60,918 bases of DNA from positions 1 to 60,918 of IMG/VR virus record IMGVR_UViG_3300032242_001271. One strand, given 5' to 3'. The notes under the pieces were generated by a model. That model searched no databases. It was not told where the DNA came from and saw only the letters and a program-made list of their open reading frames with translations. Source of the DNA: a virus (taxonomy: Duplodnaviria > Caudoviricetes). A program made the position numbers and the translations under genes. Each line of letters begins with the position of its first letter. The stretch's first letter is position 1. Shown here in pieces: positions 16,409 to 26,375 of the stretch.

Positions 16409-16763
16409 TAATTGAAACCTTTCTTATCCACCGGACAGTAATTCCAACTAAACCAATGGGATCATATCTTCTTAAAAAATTAGGAACAGCTAAATGCTTT
16501 ACCAATACAAGGATAGTAAGCCAGATAGGCCAACGAACAATAGGATGATCAACACCGCGCCAACATCCGTCAGAGAGAGTTTCATACTTATTCTCCATAT
16601 TTTTATTCTTGTTATAATCATTGAGAGCCATAGCAACAACGTCATAACCTAAAACAAAAAGTCCCAAGATAGCCCATCCTGAAGTGGACTTCTTTGGGAA
16701 AACACTAGTCAATAATCTCTGCATCTTCAACCTCAGAATCCTCAACAATATCATCTGGAACAC
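16401..16763 (-). CDS. Membrane protein (start uncertain)
   Basis: Two hydrophobic segments; W..L...VLGYD...ETLS...HL pattern. Confidence 0.6.
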   Translation of the reverse strand: MFQMILLRILRLKMQRLLTSVFPKKSTSGWAILGLFVLGYDVVAMALNDYNKNKNMENKYETLSDGCWRGVDHPIVRWPIWLTILVLVKHLAVPNFLRRYDPIGLVGITVRWIRKVSING

Positions 16764-17307
16764 CTGTCTCAGAATCCATCATCGAGAAAGCCTCACGAAG
16801 CATTGGCCCAGCTTTCTGCTTGCACTCTTCACAATCAGCAATAACATCTCTAATAACTTTGGAAATCATTTGATTGACAGTTTCTGCCTTTTGCATTCTT
16901 GCAATATATTCGCCGTCAGTCTTAGTTCCACCCATAAGCTGATGAAGCTGGGCCTTCTTAGTTGCAATCTCAAGACAAAGCTTCAAAGCCTGATTTCTAC
17001 CAGAAACCATACCTTCTCTAGTTGCAATCTCAACAGTCTCCCAAGCTTCTTTCGAAATCTCATCGAACTCAGCCAAAGCTTTAACTGTATTGTACTGAAC
17101 CTTTTCAAGAAAGTATGGATCTCCTTCAGCAGTATCCTCAAGGAAACTCTTATATTGGTTAATATAATCTCGAACAGTCTGAGGAGAAATGCTCTCTAAC
17201 TCAGCAATATCAGCATTAGAGTAGCCTTTGAGATTAAGCAGACCAACCTGCTCAACCTTCTTAGCCTTATCAAATATGCTATTCGATTTCTCTATCTCAT
17301 TAGCCAT
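16705..17307 (-). CDS. HTH protein, candidate terminase small subunit
   Basis: GYSNADIAELESISPQTVRDY HTH followed by helical region; just upstream of terL. Confidence 0.6.
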   Translation of the reverse strand: MANEIEKSNSIFDKAKKVEQVGLLNLKGYSNADIAELESISPQTVRDYINQYKSFLEDTAEGDPYFLEKVQYNTVKALAEFDEISKEAWETVEIATREGMVSGRNQALKLCLEIATKKAQLHQLMGGTKTDGEYIARMQKAETVNQMISKVIRDVIADCEECKQKAGPMLREAFSMMDSETGVPDDIVEDSEVEDAEIID

Positions 17308-17329
17308 ATAACAATTATACCATATCTAC

Positions 17330-17644
17330 TTATTCATCTTCAGAGTCATCAAACTCAAAGTCATCGACAACTTCAATATTAAGGGACTTCTTTCCTCTAG
17401 TAGACGTTGCCCTCTTATTTACAAGAGCAGCAGCCTCTGTATCATCATCAGGAAGATTGGTGCTCATCTTCTCAATATTATGACGAAACTCAGTAGAAAG
17501 AATGACGAGCAACTTCTCGACAAGTTCCTTATCATAAGCACCGATCATATACTTTGACAGAATTGACTTTACATTATCATAAGATGAGAACTTGAGTAGT
17601 TCCTTCTCAACGATCTTAAATGCGTTCTTTGTTGTATTAGACAT
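17330..17644 (-). CDS. Hypothetical protein
   Basis: 104 aa, TAATG coupling. Confidence 0.7.
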   Translation of the reverse strand: MSNTTKNAFKIVEKELLKFSSYDNVKSILSKYMIGAYDKELVEKLLVILSTEFRHNIEKMSTNLPDDDTEAAALVNKRATSTRGKKSLNIEVVDDFEFDDSEDE

Positions 17645-18054
17645 TAATTAGACTCCAAGTCTTCTCTAGCTAAAAAGTGGAAAAACCAGTATAACTCATA
17701 TATTGACATCTCATTCAAATCACAATACTTGTGCTCCAAAGGGCTCCACATCTTGAAGAATATAGCTTCTTCTTCATTCATTCCCTGAGAATAGATCGGA
17801 ATGAACAAACCCGTTCGTATTGCATAAAGCATATCTTCAGTTGGGAAGTGCATACCACCAAGATTATAGCCATTATCATAGATATCATCTACAACATCAT
17901 TCCATAAATCTGCAAATAAATATGAGATTATAAAAATAACTCTCTGGACTTCCTGTTCCGGGGGAGACGAAATATCGTCATCCCCCGGCGAGAAATATTC
18001 TTCTTCTGGATCAGAAAAATTCTCAATCACACCGTTGAACCGCAACTTCCACAA
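17644..18054 (-). CDS. Hypothetical acidic protein
   Basis: 136-aa ORF, start uncertain. Confidence 0.6.
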   Translation of the reverse strand: MWKLRFNGVIENFSDPEEEYFSPGDDDISSPPEQEVQRVIFIISYLFADLWNDVVDDIYDNGYNLGGMHFPTEDMLYAIRTGLFIPIYSQGMNEEEAIFFKMWSPLEHKYCDLNEMSIYELYWFFHFLAREDLESN

Positions 18055-19028
18055 CGCTCATGATGAGTAAGAGTAAGATTACCACCAATCTCAAGAAGAC
18101 GTTGGCGAATCTCTGGAGTCAACTCTGTATCGTGAGAGCCAGTCCAAGTAACAAGATTAACAACATCATTCATATTCTTGATCTTCTCGCCAGTCACAGT
18201 TGCAAGAAAGTCTGGATGAACTGCCCAAAAAGAGAGGCGAGTCAGAACCTTGTTGGGAAGTTTATATTCCAGAACAATCTGGCGAATAATCTTCATATAG
18301 TCATCGACTTTCTCATCAATAAGATGAGTAAAACTCTCAAAGAGTTCAGGAATCTTCTCAATAGCAATAGCAGAAAAATCACGAATCTGTCGCATAACAT
18401 CATCATGCGATGATCCAGTAACACGGAACTTACGATTCTCAAGTTCATTGACCATTCCATTGGCACACAACTCACGCCAAATATATGAATCAATAGAAGG
18501 ATGAGTATCCCAAGCATCAGAATAAATAATCTTCACTCCACCAAATAGATTTGATCCATCAATCGACTCTTGATAGTTACTAGGAAGAATAGAAAATGAC
18601 ACCTTAGAGTCAGTCATCTTGCCATACTTAATTGTATAGTCATCACCGACTGCTTCACGAACAGAACTAAGCATCTCGGCATTCGAGACATATGGAGTAT
18701 TAACCTTCATAAAAGAACGAAGACGATCACCCTCAACAAGAGCAGCAAGATGATTGCTACGATTTCCCTTAACAAAATAGTTCATCGTATATGCAAGAAG
18801 ATCATCCGGGATACGACGAGCGTAAGGAACAGGAATATTCATCTCTCCAGCAAGATGACGGAATGAACTATCTGTAAGAGTATAAGAACTTCCTGCGATA
18901 GTTACAGAAGGATTCTTGCCAGCATTAAAACTAAGATCACCTAGTTGGAAGTCAAGATGCTGAGTAACTTCGGAACGGCGAAGGAGCTTCTCTTCGAAAG
19001 AAGTATCATCCTTAATAAGTGTAGTCAC
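18027..19028 (-). CDS. DUF932-like phage protein
   Basis: YIWRELCANGMV motif; GTG start with AAGGA RBS. Confidence 0.6.
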   Translation of the reverse strand: MTTLIKDDTSFEEKLLRRSEVTQHLDFQLGDLSFNAGKNPSVTIAGSSYTLTDSSFRHLAGEMNIPVPYARRIPDDLLAYTMNYFVKGNRSNHLAALVEGDRLRSFMKVNTPYVSNAEMLSSVREAVGDDYTIKYGKMTDSKVSFSILPSNYQESIDGSNLFGGVKIIYSDAWDTHPSIDSYIWRELCANGMVNELENRKFRVTGSSHDDVMRQIRDFSAIAIEKIPELFESFTHLIDEKVDDYMKIIRQIVLEYKLPNKVLTRLSFWAVHPDFLATVTGEKIKNMNDVVNLVTWTGSHDTELTPEIRQRLLEIGGNLTLTHHERCGSCGSTV

Positions 19029-19103
19029 TTTTATTTCCTTTCATATCCCCCATTTTGGGGCTGTCACACAGGATACCATGCTGACAGGGAATTGCAACCT
19101 ATT

Positions 19104-19400
19104 TTATATTTTTTTCTTTCTAGACTTCGCCATAGCTCTCATGCGCTCTTCTCTTGCCCTATCTGGACGCTTTCCCATAGAGCTAGCCTTCTTCTTTCCT
19201 TGAAGATTAGCACCAATTTTGCGTCCCTTTCCACGATACTTGAGAAGATCATACTTAACTAGCCAATTGTAAATAGATTGATGGCTAATCTTAATATTAT
19301 AGTTTTTTTCAAGAAGCTGAACCATATCTTTCAAGTTCATTCTTTTTTGAACATAATGAAAGTATAGCCAGTCTCTTTGTTTATAAGGTTCAAGAGACAT
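19104..19400 (-). CDS. HTH DNA-binding protein
   Basis: YKQRDWLYFHYVQKRM...ISHQSIYNWLVKY. Confidence 0.65.
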   Translation of the reverse strand: MSLEPYKQRDWLYFHYVQKRMNLKDMVQLLEKNYNIKISHQSIYNWLVKYDLLKYRGKGRKIGANLQGKKKASSMGKRPDRAREERMRAMAKSRKKKI

Positions 19401-19989
19401 CTGAATCTTCCTTGTTAATTTTATCTAAACCATAAAGAGCAATTCCAATAGAATCACAAATATCGTTGTCAGTTATATGTTTAATATTTGGAATTTTATT
19501 ATGAATAATTCTTATAGTTCTTTGTTTTCTCTCAGAAGCAGCCATCTTCTTTGATTCTTTTTCACCAAACTGTTTAGTCCAAGATTCTTTCTCAGCTTTA
19601 CTGACATTCTTATACCCAATATGACTCTTCCAATTGGCAATAGTAACCTCTGAAACATTATTACATTGCTTCAGACATTCCCCAATAAGATGTCCGGAAA
19701 CTTGAGATAAAATACGACTAGTAGCTGGATTCTGGATATAAATTGGTTGTTCAACAAAAGTATAGTCTATGTGATTATCTTTGAAAACTTCGGGAATTAT
19801 AGTTGATACTATTTTAAATTTAGCATTCATAGAAAAATTGCTAAGATTTACCTTAGCAACTTTCAATAGTTTAGTGCTATCTGCATCACTTCTGATGATA
19901 GCAAAAGCTATGACGGTAGATGAAGCATCAATTCCCATGACAGTGGCAGGCTTAGATCGCATAACTTTTAAAGTTCTAGCCAATCCCAT
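19390..19989 (-). CDS. ruvC: RuvC-like Holliday junction resolvase
   Basis: MGIDASS, FVEQP, DNDICDSIGIA acidic tetrad. Confidence 0.75.
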   Translation of the reverse strand: MGLARTLKVMRSKPATVMGIDASSTVIAFAIIRSDADSTKLLKVAKVNLSNFSMNAKFKIVSTIIPEVFKDNHIDYTFVEQPIYIQNPATSRILSQVSGHLIGECLKQCNNVSEVTIANWKSHIGYKNVSKAEKESWTKQFGEKESKKMAASERKQRTIRIIHNKIPNIKHITDNDICDSIGIALYGLDKINKEDSDVS

Positions 19990-20303
19990 TAGAAAGACCA
20001 GTCATCTCTGAGCTCATCTTCATCCCAGCCCCAAGAGGCAAGTCTTTGAATAAGACGTTCAGTCTTGCAAATCTCACAAATGTTTTCGCTATTATAAGTA
20101 GATAGAATAGTTCCACAATCTTTAGTCTTACATACTCTTTTTTTATTGTTTTTTCTAGCTTTATTTTCATAATAGCGATCTAAGACATTTTTGTTAGTTA
20201 TAATCTTTCGACAATCAATACTGCAATAGACGGCATTGTGGACCATAGGGTCAAAGATCTTCTCGCAATTTGGATTAGCACATATCTTTGGCTCTAAATG
20301 CAT
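19989..20303 (-). CDS. Zinc-finger protein, probably leaderless
   Basis: Eight Cys in CxxxxC/CxxxC/CxxC groups. Confidence 0.75.
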   Translation of the reverse strand: MHLEPKICANPNCEKIFDPMVHNAVYCSIDCRKIITNKNVLDRYYENKARKNNKKRVCKTKDCGTILSTYNSENICEICKTERLIQRLASWGWDEDELRDDWSF

Positions 20304-20327
20304 AAAATAATTATATCATATATATAA

Positions 20328-21110
20328 TTATTTTTTAAAATTAATAGCTACGCCTTCTTCTGAGTCAGCCCAGCAGTGAGCATATGCGTCGCATCTGCTA
20401 CAATTCTGAGAGGTCTGCTTATATGGTCTGACAGCAAGATCACCATTCTTAAATACTTGATAGATCTTCTTATATCTATTAAAAGTAGTCTCAATAAACT
20501 TCTCATCCCGCTTAACTAAAAGCGGAAGCAAAGCAGAATTATTCTTAGAATAGTAGAGAAGGAAACCTTCCTCATAATCCATACCATGAAGATAGAACTG
20601 AATCTGTCTAAAATGTTCATCCTTAGGTTTATGATAAGCACTTCTAAAGGCAAAACCGGCCTCATTAATTGACTTGCACTCAACAATCTTAGGGCCATTC
20701 CAGTCAATAATAAAGTCGATATAACCCTTAATCGGAACAGGATCAGTAATCTCCATAGGGACCTGAGAATCAACCAAGATACCAAGATCATAGAACATTT
20801 GCTGAACAGCATCCTCAATACGATTTCCCATATCAAAAATACGTCTAGTCTGCCCTAAAATCTCAGTAGTCTGCTGATAACCCCTCATACGATAAATAGC
20901 AAACCTAGCGCAAGTATTCGTATTAGAAGGAGCGAAGCTTTCGCTCTGCTTCCAGAAGGTTCCATTAGAAGCCTCAAGTTTAGCATCAATAGCCTTAACC
21001 AAAGAACTCTCAAGATCAAGAACATCAACAGGAGTAGCAACTCCCTCAGTCTTCTTAACAGGCTTCTTCTCAGGCTGCTGAACCTTTAACTTAGAAACAA
21101 TAGACTTCAT
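20328..21110 (-). CDS. Cas4-like PD-(D/E)XK exonuclease
   Basis: GYIDFII...IVECKS...QIQFY, C-terminal CSRCDAYAHC plus N-terminal Cys. Confidence 0.85.
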   Translation of the reverse strand: MKSIVSKLKVQQPEKKPVKKTEGVATPVDVLDLESSLVKAIDAKLEASNGTFWKQSESFAPSNTNTCARFAIYRMRGYQQTTEILGQTRRIFDMGNRIEDAVQQMFYDLGILVDSQVPMEITDPVPIKGYIDFIIDWNGPKIVECKSINEAGFAFRSAYHKPKDEHFRQIQFYLHGMDYEEGFLLYYSKNNSALLPLLVKRDEKFIETTFNRYKKIYQVFKNGDLAVRPYKQTSQNCSRCDAYAHCWADSEEGVAINFKK

Positions 21111-21472
21111 CGAACACCAGACATTCCAGCCTCAACACGGCCAAGCAACTTGAGGGTATTGATATTTTCTTCAAGTGCAGTAAACATCAACATAAGAAGA
21201 TCCTTACGACGACGCTGCAAAATAGACTTATCACTAGTCTTATAATACTGAGCCCTAGCACCAAGTTTAGTTCTAAGCGCAGCAAGCTTCGCTGCAGCAA
21301 CAAGAGCCTCAGAGCCCATCATCGCATTAGGACGATCCAAAATACGCTGAACAATCTCCATACAAGCAGCAAACTCAATATATTCATCGCCACTCAAAGC
21401 ACCGGCAACCTCATCAAGATCAACTTCAACATTACCTTCAGACATCTCTCTAGCTTGCATCATCATCTCCAA
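21107..21472 (-). CDS. Hypothetical helical protein
   Basis: 121 aa in the recombination cluster. Confidence 0.7.
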   Translation of the reverse strand: MEMMMQAREMSEGNVEVDLDEVAGALSGDEYIEFAACMEIVQRILDRPNAMMGSEALVAAAKLAALRTKLGARAQYYKTSDKSILQRRRKDLLMLMFTALEENINTLKLLGRVEAGMSGVR

Positions 21473-21734
21473 AATTCTCTAGAAAATTACTAAACATCTC
21501 TTCCTCAGTCATTGCACCAACAAACTCTCTAATTGTATCGTCAAATGTCCAATCTCGAAACTCATAAGCGTGCTTCATACACAAAGGCATAGGAGGCATA
21601 ACAAATGGCATATTTAAGCCACGAACAGTCTCGACACCACACTCAGGTTCCTGCTCACTAGACTGATACACACAAGTTGTACTCTCTATCTCAACAAATC
21701 TGCTTTCACTTCTGTTTAAGCTCAACAAAATCAT
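21450..21734 (-). CDS. Hypothetical protein (start uncertain)
   Basis: C...C...CxxH motif. Confidence 0.5.
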   Translation of the reverse strand: MILLSLNRSESRFVEIESTTCVYQSSEQEPECGVETVRGLNMPFVMPPMPLCMKHAYEFRDWTFDDTIREFVGAMTEEEMFSNFLENFGDDDAS

Positions 21735-21999
21735 CCCAATCTAAAATAGCAACCATACGGCCATCACCATAAATTACTTTAATCAAAGGTTTATAATGAC
21801 CATCATTCCAAGCATCCTTGCTATGCTTAGCCCAAGCAGTAGATTTCAACGTAAAAGTAAGTTCATTATGTTTATAATCAACAAGCCATTCACCATCTTG
21901 GATTGAATCGCCCTTCTTGAAGCCTCTACCGCTATTAGGAACAACAACTGCACCATCTTTTCGAGCAGATCTCTTCTCCCTATGATTCCAATTAGTCAT
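21706..21999 (-). CDS. Small PD-(D/E)XK endonuclease / resolvase-like protein
   Basis: REKRSARKDGA...NSGRG.KKGD...LVDYK; start trimmed to MTNWN. Confidence 0.65.
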   Translation of the reverse strand: MTNWNHREKRSARKDGAVVVPNSGRGFKKGDSIQDGEWLVDYKHNELTFTLKSTAWAKHSKDAWNDGHYKPLIKVIYGDGRMVAILDWDDFVELKQK

Positions 22000-22948
22000 T
22001 AGAGACATCTTCGCTATCAAAGACAAGGGTAATATTCTCAAGATCAGAAAGAATCTGTTCCATATCCTTATCTGAAAGAGCATTCACAAGCTTCTCAGCT
22101 CCATGATAACGCTCACCATCCCACTCAAACCATGCACCCTTCTTCACAATAAGGCCATGACGAACAGCGATATGGAAAGCCTCACGCTTTAAATCAATAT
22201 GAGCAGACTCAGGAGAAAACCAATAATCACCCTTCGTGCCCTGAATAGACTTCTGCTTAGACTTATCAATACGCCAAGTCACCTTACGACTCGTAATACG
22301 CTCATCAGTATCACGATCAACATCAGCAGAAGCATCACCGGCATTAAGGCGAATAATATTCGTAGCCCAATGAAAAGCAGCATTACCATACTTACCCTGC
22401 GTAACAAAATACTGACCCTTGGCAGCAATAGTCTGCTGAGCAATGAAGACAACACAATGATTTACACCAGAAATAAGTTCATCAGCAACCTTCTGAATCA
22501 AAACACCCTGAGAACGAGCATAAATGCCAATGCCACCCATACCATCATCATTCTTATAAAACTGCTCCATAACAATGGTATTGATCGAATCAAAAATAAA
22601 GAAATACTTAGAATCCTTCTCACGAAACATCGGCATGATCACATTCAAAATATCTTCAAGAATCGTAGAACGAATCACAATACGGTCCTCGATATCAATA
22701 CCACAATGCTCCATCCACTCATCAGTAGAAGAACCCTCAGCATCAATAATAACCGGCGTATAACCCATCTTCTGAGCCTCAGCAGCAGCATGAAAACACA
22801 TCGTAGACTTACCAGCCTGAGGATTACCCCAAACAATATGATAACGGCCAGACCACAAGCCACCACCAAGAATATAATTCAAACCAAAAGAAGGAGTTGG
22901 AATGATCTCCGGCTTCGGAATCTTTTCGCCACCTTTAACTACAAGCAT
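21992..22948 (-). CDS. recA: RecA/UvsX-like recombinase
   Basis: Walker A GNPQAGKS, IIDAEG, IFDSI, C-terminal KKGAWF; start MLVVKG with GGAAAGG RBS. Confidence 0.9.
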   Translation of the reverse strand: MLVVKGGEKIPKPEIIPTPSFGLNYILGGGLWSGRYHIVWGNPQAGKSTMCFHAAAEAQKMGYTPVIIDAEGSSTDEWMEHCGIDIEDRIVIRSTILEDILNVIMPMFREKDSKYFFIFDSINTIVMEQFYKNDDGMGGIGIYARSQGVLIQKVADELISGVNHCVVFIAQQTIAAKGQYFVTQGKYGNAAFHWATNIIRLNAGDASADVDRDTDERITSRKVTWRIDKSKQKSIQGTKGDYWFSPESAHIDLKREAFHIAVRHGLIVKKGAWFEWDGERYHGAEKLVNALSDKDMEQILSDLENITLVFDSEDVSND

Positions 22949-25900
22949 AAACTTTCCTTTCCTCATCAATATCTATCAAGTTCATCTTACACCATTTATC
23001 AGCAGAAATTACATTCGCAAGAGAATACTGCCCATTTCTGCCAGTAGAAACCTTCAACATCTTCCACTCAAAAACCTTATTCAGCTCAGCACGATGCGAC
23101 ATAACCGATGAACCAAAAATGGTCGTCTTAAGCCACCCATGATCAGGAACATAAAAATAAGACGAACACATATCCTTATCAGTACGAGTCTTAAAATGAA
23201 CCGTATTAACCAAATACGCCAACAAAGGACTCTTACCATTCGGAATAATCTCGCGCCTAATGCCCTTACCATACAGAAAATCAAACTCATCCATCGGCTC
23301 ACCAGAAATCTGATGCTGCAAAAACTTTGCAAACTTAGAATTAGACTTACCAGTCTCAATCTCATTAAAATCCTCAATATGATGAATCGTCTGATCACCA
23401 ACAATCGCAATCACATAATCACGCTTATTGATCACCGCATCAGAATCAGCAAACGAAGAAACCACACCAGTAGCATCCTCAATCTCAGCCCGGAAATACC
23501 GAGGAGTACGCTTCGTAGACTTCACAACACCACGAACAATATAAAGATTAATATCCTCCTTATTATCCTGAGCATCCGAACACGGCATAATAATACCATC
23601 AAACGGAGACTTATCATTCATCGTCACAGGATAATTCAACAACGGACCATAATAACGACGAGACTCATAAGGAGAATCAAACCCAATACTATCCAACGCC
23701 CCAACCTTCTGCAAAGCCTCCAAATTATTAACCTTCACCTTCGACTTCTGCACCGAATTAATGAAATGATCATAATCATGGAACGGACGCTTCAAAACAA
23801 TCTCATTAACAGTATTCGCACCACACCCAGCAATATTAGAAAGACCAAAACGCAACGCATCACCATCCAAAGAAAAACTATACTCAGACTTATTTACATC
23901 GGGACCGAGAATTTCGATACCAATACGTTGAGCCTCAAAGAGATAAGTCGTGATTTTCTCACCTTCTGTCTCATTCGACAAAGTAGCCCAAATGAACTCA
24001 GTAGGATAATTAACCTTCAACCACATAGTCTGATACGAAACAAGAGAATAAGCAGTCGCATGAGACTTATTGAACATATACAGAGACGCCTTTTCAATAT
24101 CAGACCAAAGGGCCTTTGCCTTATACTCTGAAATATATTGAGTTGCACCATCAACAAAGTCCTGTTGATACTTATCGAACTCAGCAGCATCCTTCTTCTT
24201 AGAAATAATCTTACGAAGACGATCAGCCTTAGCCCAAGAAAAACCAGCGAGCTCTACAGCAATCTTCATAACCTGCTCTTCAAAGATAAACGTACCATAA
24301 GTCTCCCCGAGAATATTCTCGAGAATCCTATGATCATAAGTTGTACGCTCAGTGCCATCACGACGAGCAAGATATTTCTTACCCTGAGTTACATATGATC
24401 CCGGACGTACCAAAGCGTTCGAAACGGCGAGATCATTGAAACTAGAAACACCCATCTCAGTAATGAGAGCAGCATACCCAGCCCCTTCCGCTTGGAAGAT
24501 GCCGACAACATTACCTGCTGTAAACTCGGCAAAGACTCTTGGATCTGGGTTGTCAATATCAAGGCTGTCTTTTGAAACATCAAGTCCCGTTCGTTCCTCA
24601 ATGGCATTGAGGCAGTCTTTGATAACTGTGATTGCACGAACCCCAAGAGCATCAAATTTAATAAGTCCAAATTCACCAGTCTCATCCTTATCGTAAGCTA
24701 TAACATTGATCTTCCGCTTAGTCCCAGCCTCTTCACGAACCTCAATAGGAACGATAGTGTTGAGCGGAACATTGGATACGACAACGCCAGCAGCGTGCGC
24801 TGAAGCGTTCTTGTATCGCCCTACAAGCCTCTCAGCGACCTTAATGATGTCAGGGTTCTTGTTTCTAAACTTAGCCAATTTATCTTTAGTTTTATACTCC
24901 TCGAAAGTCTCAAACAAAGGAGAAATAGCATTAGCCTCAGTATAAGGAACAGCAAAAGCGCTAGCAATAGCTTTGATAGACCCCTTAGGCTGAAAAGTGC
25001 CATAGGCAGAGATACCAGCAACATTCTCGCTACCCCAACGATTTCTCAGATATTCCTTCGCTTCATCACGCCTACGATCTTCGAAATCAAGATCGATATC
25101 CGGGAAGTCATTTCTCTCAGGATTGATAAACCGAAAAAAGAGAAGTCCATGCTTGACCGGATCGATATTCGTAATACCAAGAACATAAGACAATAAAGAT
25201 CCACCAGCGCTACCACGGGCAGGCCCACGGGCAATGCCGTCACTATCAGCCCAACTGATAAGATCCCAAAGGACCAAAAAGTAGTCAGAGAAATTCTTAC
25301 CAGCAATAACTGTAAGTTCTTCTTCAAGACGCTCAACGTAAACTGGATCATCAGAAAGTCCTTTCTGCTCCATAAGGAAGAAAGAAACATCACGAAGATA
25401 TTCATTAGAAGTCATATTGATCTTAATGTCCTTCGTGTATGAAGGAAGGAACATATTGTTCATTTTAATTTCAGTATTACACTTATCAGCGATTTCCATC
25501 GTATTCTCTAGAATATCAAGTCTAGTGATACCTGCATCACTGAAATGTTGTAATGCTTCATTCGCATCCATCATGTAAAGAGGAAGATCCTTGAATGAAA
25601 GTCTACGATCAGGATAAAGCATATCCATCTTATCAATAAGGTTATGCACGTTGCAAGCCTTATCATAATGATCTTTTGCATGACGCTTCTGGGCAGCATT
25701 CATAGAAGAACTCTGTCCAACAGCAAGAAGAACTTCCTCTACACCCCAATCTGCCGCTGTGGGGAAATGACAGTCAAGTGTGCCGACAATCGGAATGTTA
25801 TATGAATCACCATAGTCAATTAACTTGGCATTCAACTCAGGTGGATTATGAGGCTGAACCTCAAGGTAGTAGTCATCTTTAAAGATACCACGAAACTTAT

Positions 25901-26375
25901 TAAGTAATAATTCAGAACGCTTCTCGTCACCCTCAAGAATAGCCTTAGACAAGGCACTGCCCATACAACCGGAAAGGCAGATGAGGCCCTCGCCAAACTG
26001 TTCAAGATTAGAGAAGTCAATGCGAGGTTTATAGTAGAACTGCTCTGTCCAAGCGACATTATTCAATCTGAAAAGATTTTCAAGTCCCTTATCATTTTTT
26101 GCAAGGAGGATGAGATGAAAGCGTTCAGCCTTATTAGTTTCATCGTCAGTGCTTACATCATCGACAAAGTAAGCTTCAACTCCAAAGATAGGCTTAACAT
26201 TCTGATCACGACAAGCTTTTTGAAATCTGATGAAGCCTCCCATAGTCCCATGATCAGTAATAGCAGAGGCTATCTGACCATTGGTACTAGCAATATGAGC
26301 CATCTCCTCAGGCGTAGTTAAGCCATCAAGAAGTGAGTATTCACTATGATTGTGAAGATGCACCATCTCGGCCAT
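22935..26375 (-). CDS. dnaE: DNA polymerase III alpha subunit (DnaE-like)
   Basis: PHP domain HLHNHSEYSLLDG, RGSAGGS, PDIDLDF, FNKSHA. Confidence 0.95.
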   Translation of the reverse strand: MAEMVHLHNHSEYSLLDGLTTPEEMAHIASTNGQIASAITDHGTMGGFIRFQKACRDQNVKPIFGVEAYFVDDVSTDDETNKAERFHLILLAKNDKGLENLFRLNNVAWTEQFYYKPRIDFSNLEQFGEGLICLSGCMGSALSKAILEGDEKRSELLLNKFRGIFKDDYYLEVQPHNPPELNAKLIDYGDSYNIPIVGTLDCHFPTAADWGVEEVLLAVGQSSSMNAAQKRHAKDHYDKACNVHNLIDKMDMLYPDRRLSFKDLPLYMMDANEALQHFSDAGITRLDILENTMEIADKCNTEIKMNNMFLPSYTKDIKINMTSNEYLRDVSFFLMEQKGLSDDPVYVERLEEELTVIAGKNFSDYFLVLWDLISWADSDGIARGPARGSAGGSLLSYVLGITNIDPVKHGLLFFRFINPERNDFPDIDLDFEDRRRDEAKEYLRNRWGSENVAGISAYGTFQPKGSIKAIASAFAVPYTEANAISPLFETFEEYKTKDKLAKFRNKNPDIIKVAERLVGRYKNASAHAAGVVVSNVPLNTIVPIEVREEAGTKRKINVIAYDKDETGEFGLIKFDALGVRAITVIKDCLNAIEERTGLDVSKDSLDIDNPDPRVFAEFTAGNVVGIFQAEGAGYAALITEMGVSSFNDLAVSNALVRPGSYVTQGKKYLARRDGTERTTYDHRILENILGETYGTFIFEEQVMKIAVELAGFSWAKADRLRKIISKKKDAAEFDKYQQDFVDGATQYISEYKAKALWSDIEKASLYMFNKSHATAYSLVSYQTMWLKVNYPTEFIWATLSNETEGEKITTYLFEAQRIGIEILGPDVNKSEYSFSLDGDALRFGLSNIAGCGANTVNEIVLKRPFHDYDHFINSVQKSKVKVNNLEALQKVGALDSIGFDSPYESRRYYGPLLNYPVTMNDKSPFDGIIMPCSDAQDNKEDINLYIVRGVVKSTKRTPRYFRAEIEDATGVVSSFADSDAVINKRDYVIAIVGDQTIHHIEDFNEIETGKSNSKFAKFLQHQISGEPMDEFDFLYGKGIRREIIPNGKSPLLAYLVNTVHFKTRTDKDMCSSYFYVPDHGWLKTTIFGSSVMSHRAELNKVFEWKMLKVSTGRNGQYSLANVISADKWCKMNLIDIDEERKVYACS

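Noticed and set aside
20328-21110. Cas4-like gene as evidence of a CRISPR system
   Set aside because: No repeat-spacer array or other cas genes; solo Cas4-like nucleases are common in phage recombination modules
22200-23895. Diversity-generating retroelement as the cause of A depletion
   Set aside because: No reverse transcriptase or template/variable repeat pair was seen; the changes are confined to synonymous positions and also deplete C
22199-24131. Long plus-strand ORFs (282 aa and 330 aa) antisense to recA and dnaE
   Set aside because: They are in-register antisense shadows caused by the absence of TTA/CTA/TCA codons; their I/R/N/T/L-rich composition is not protein-like
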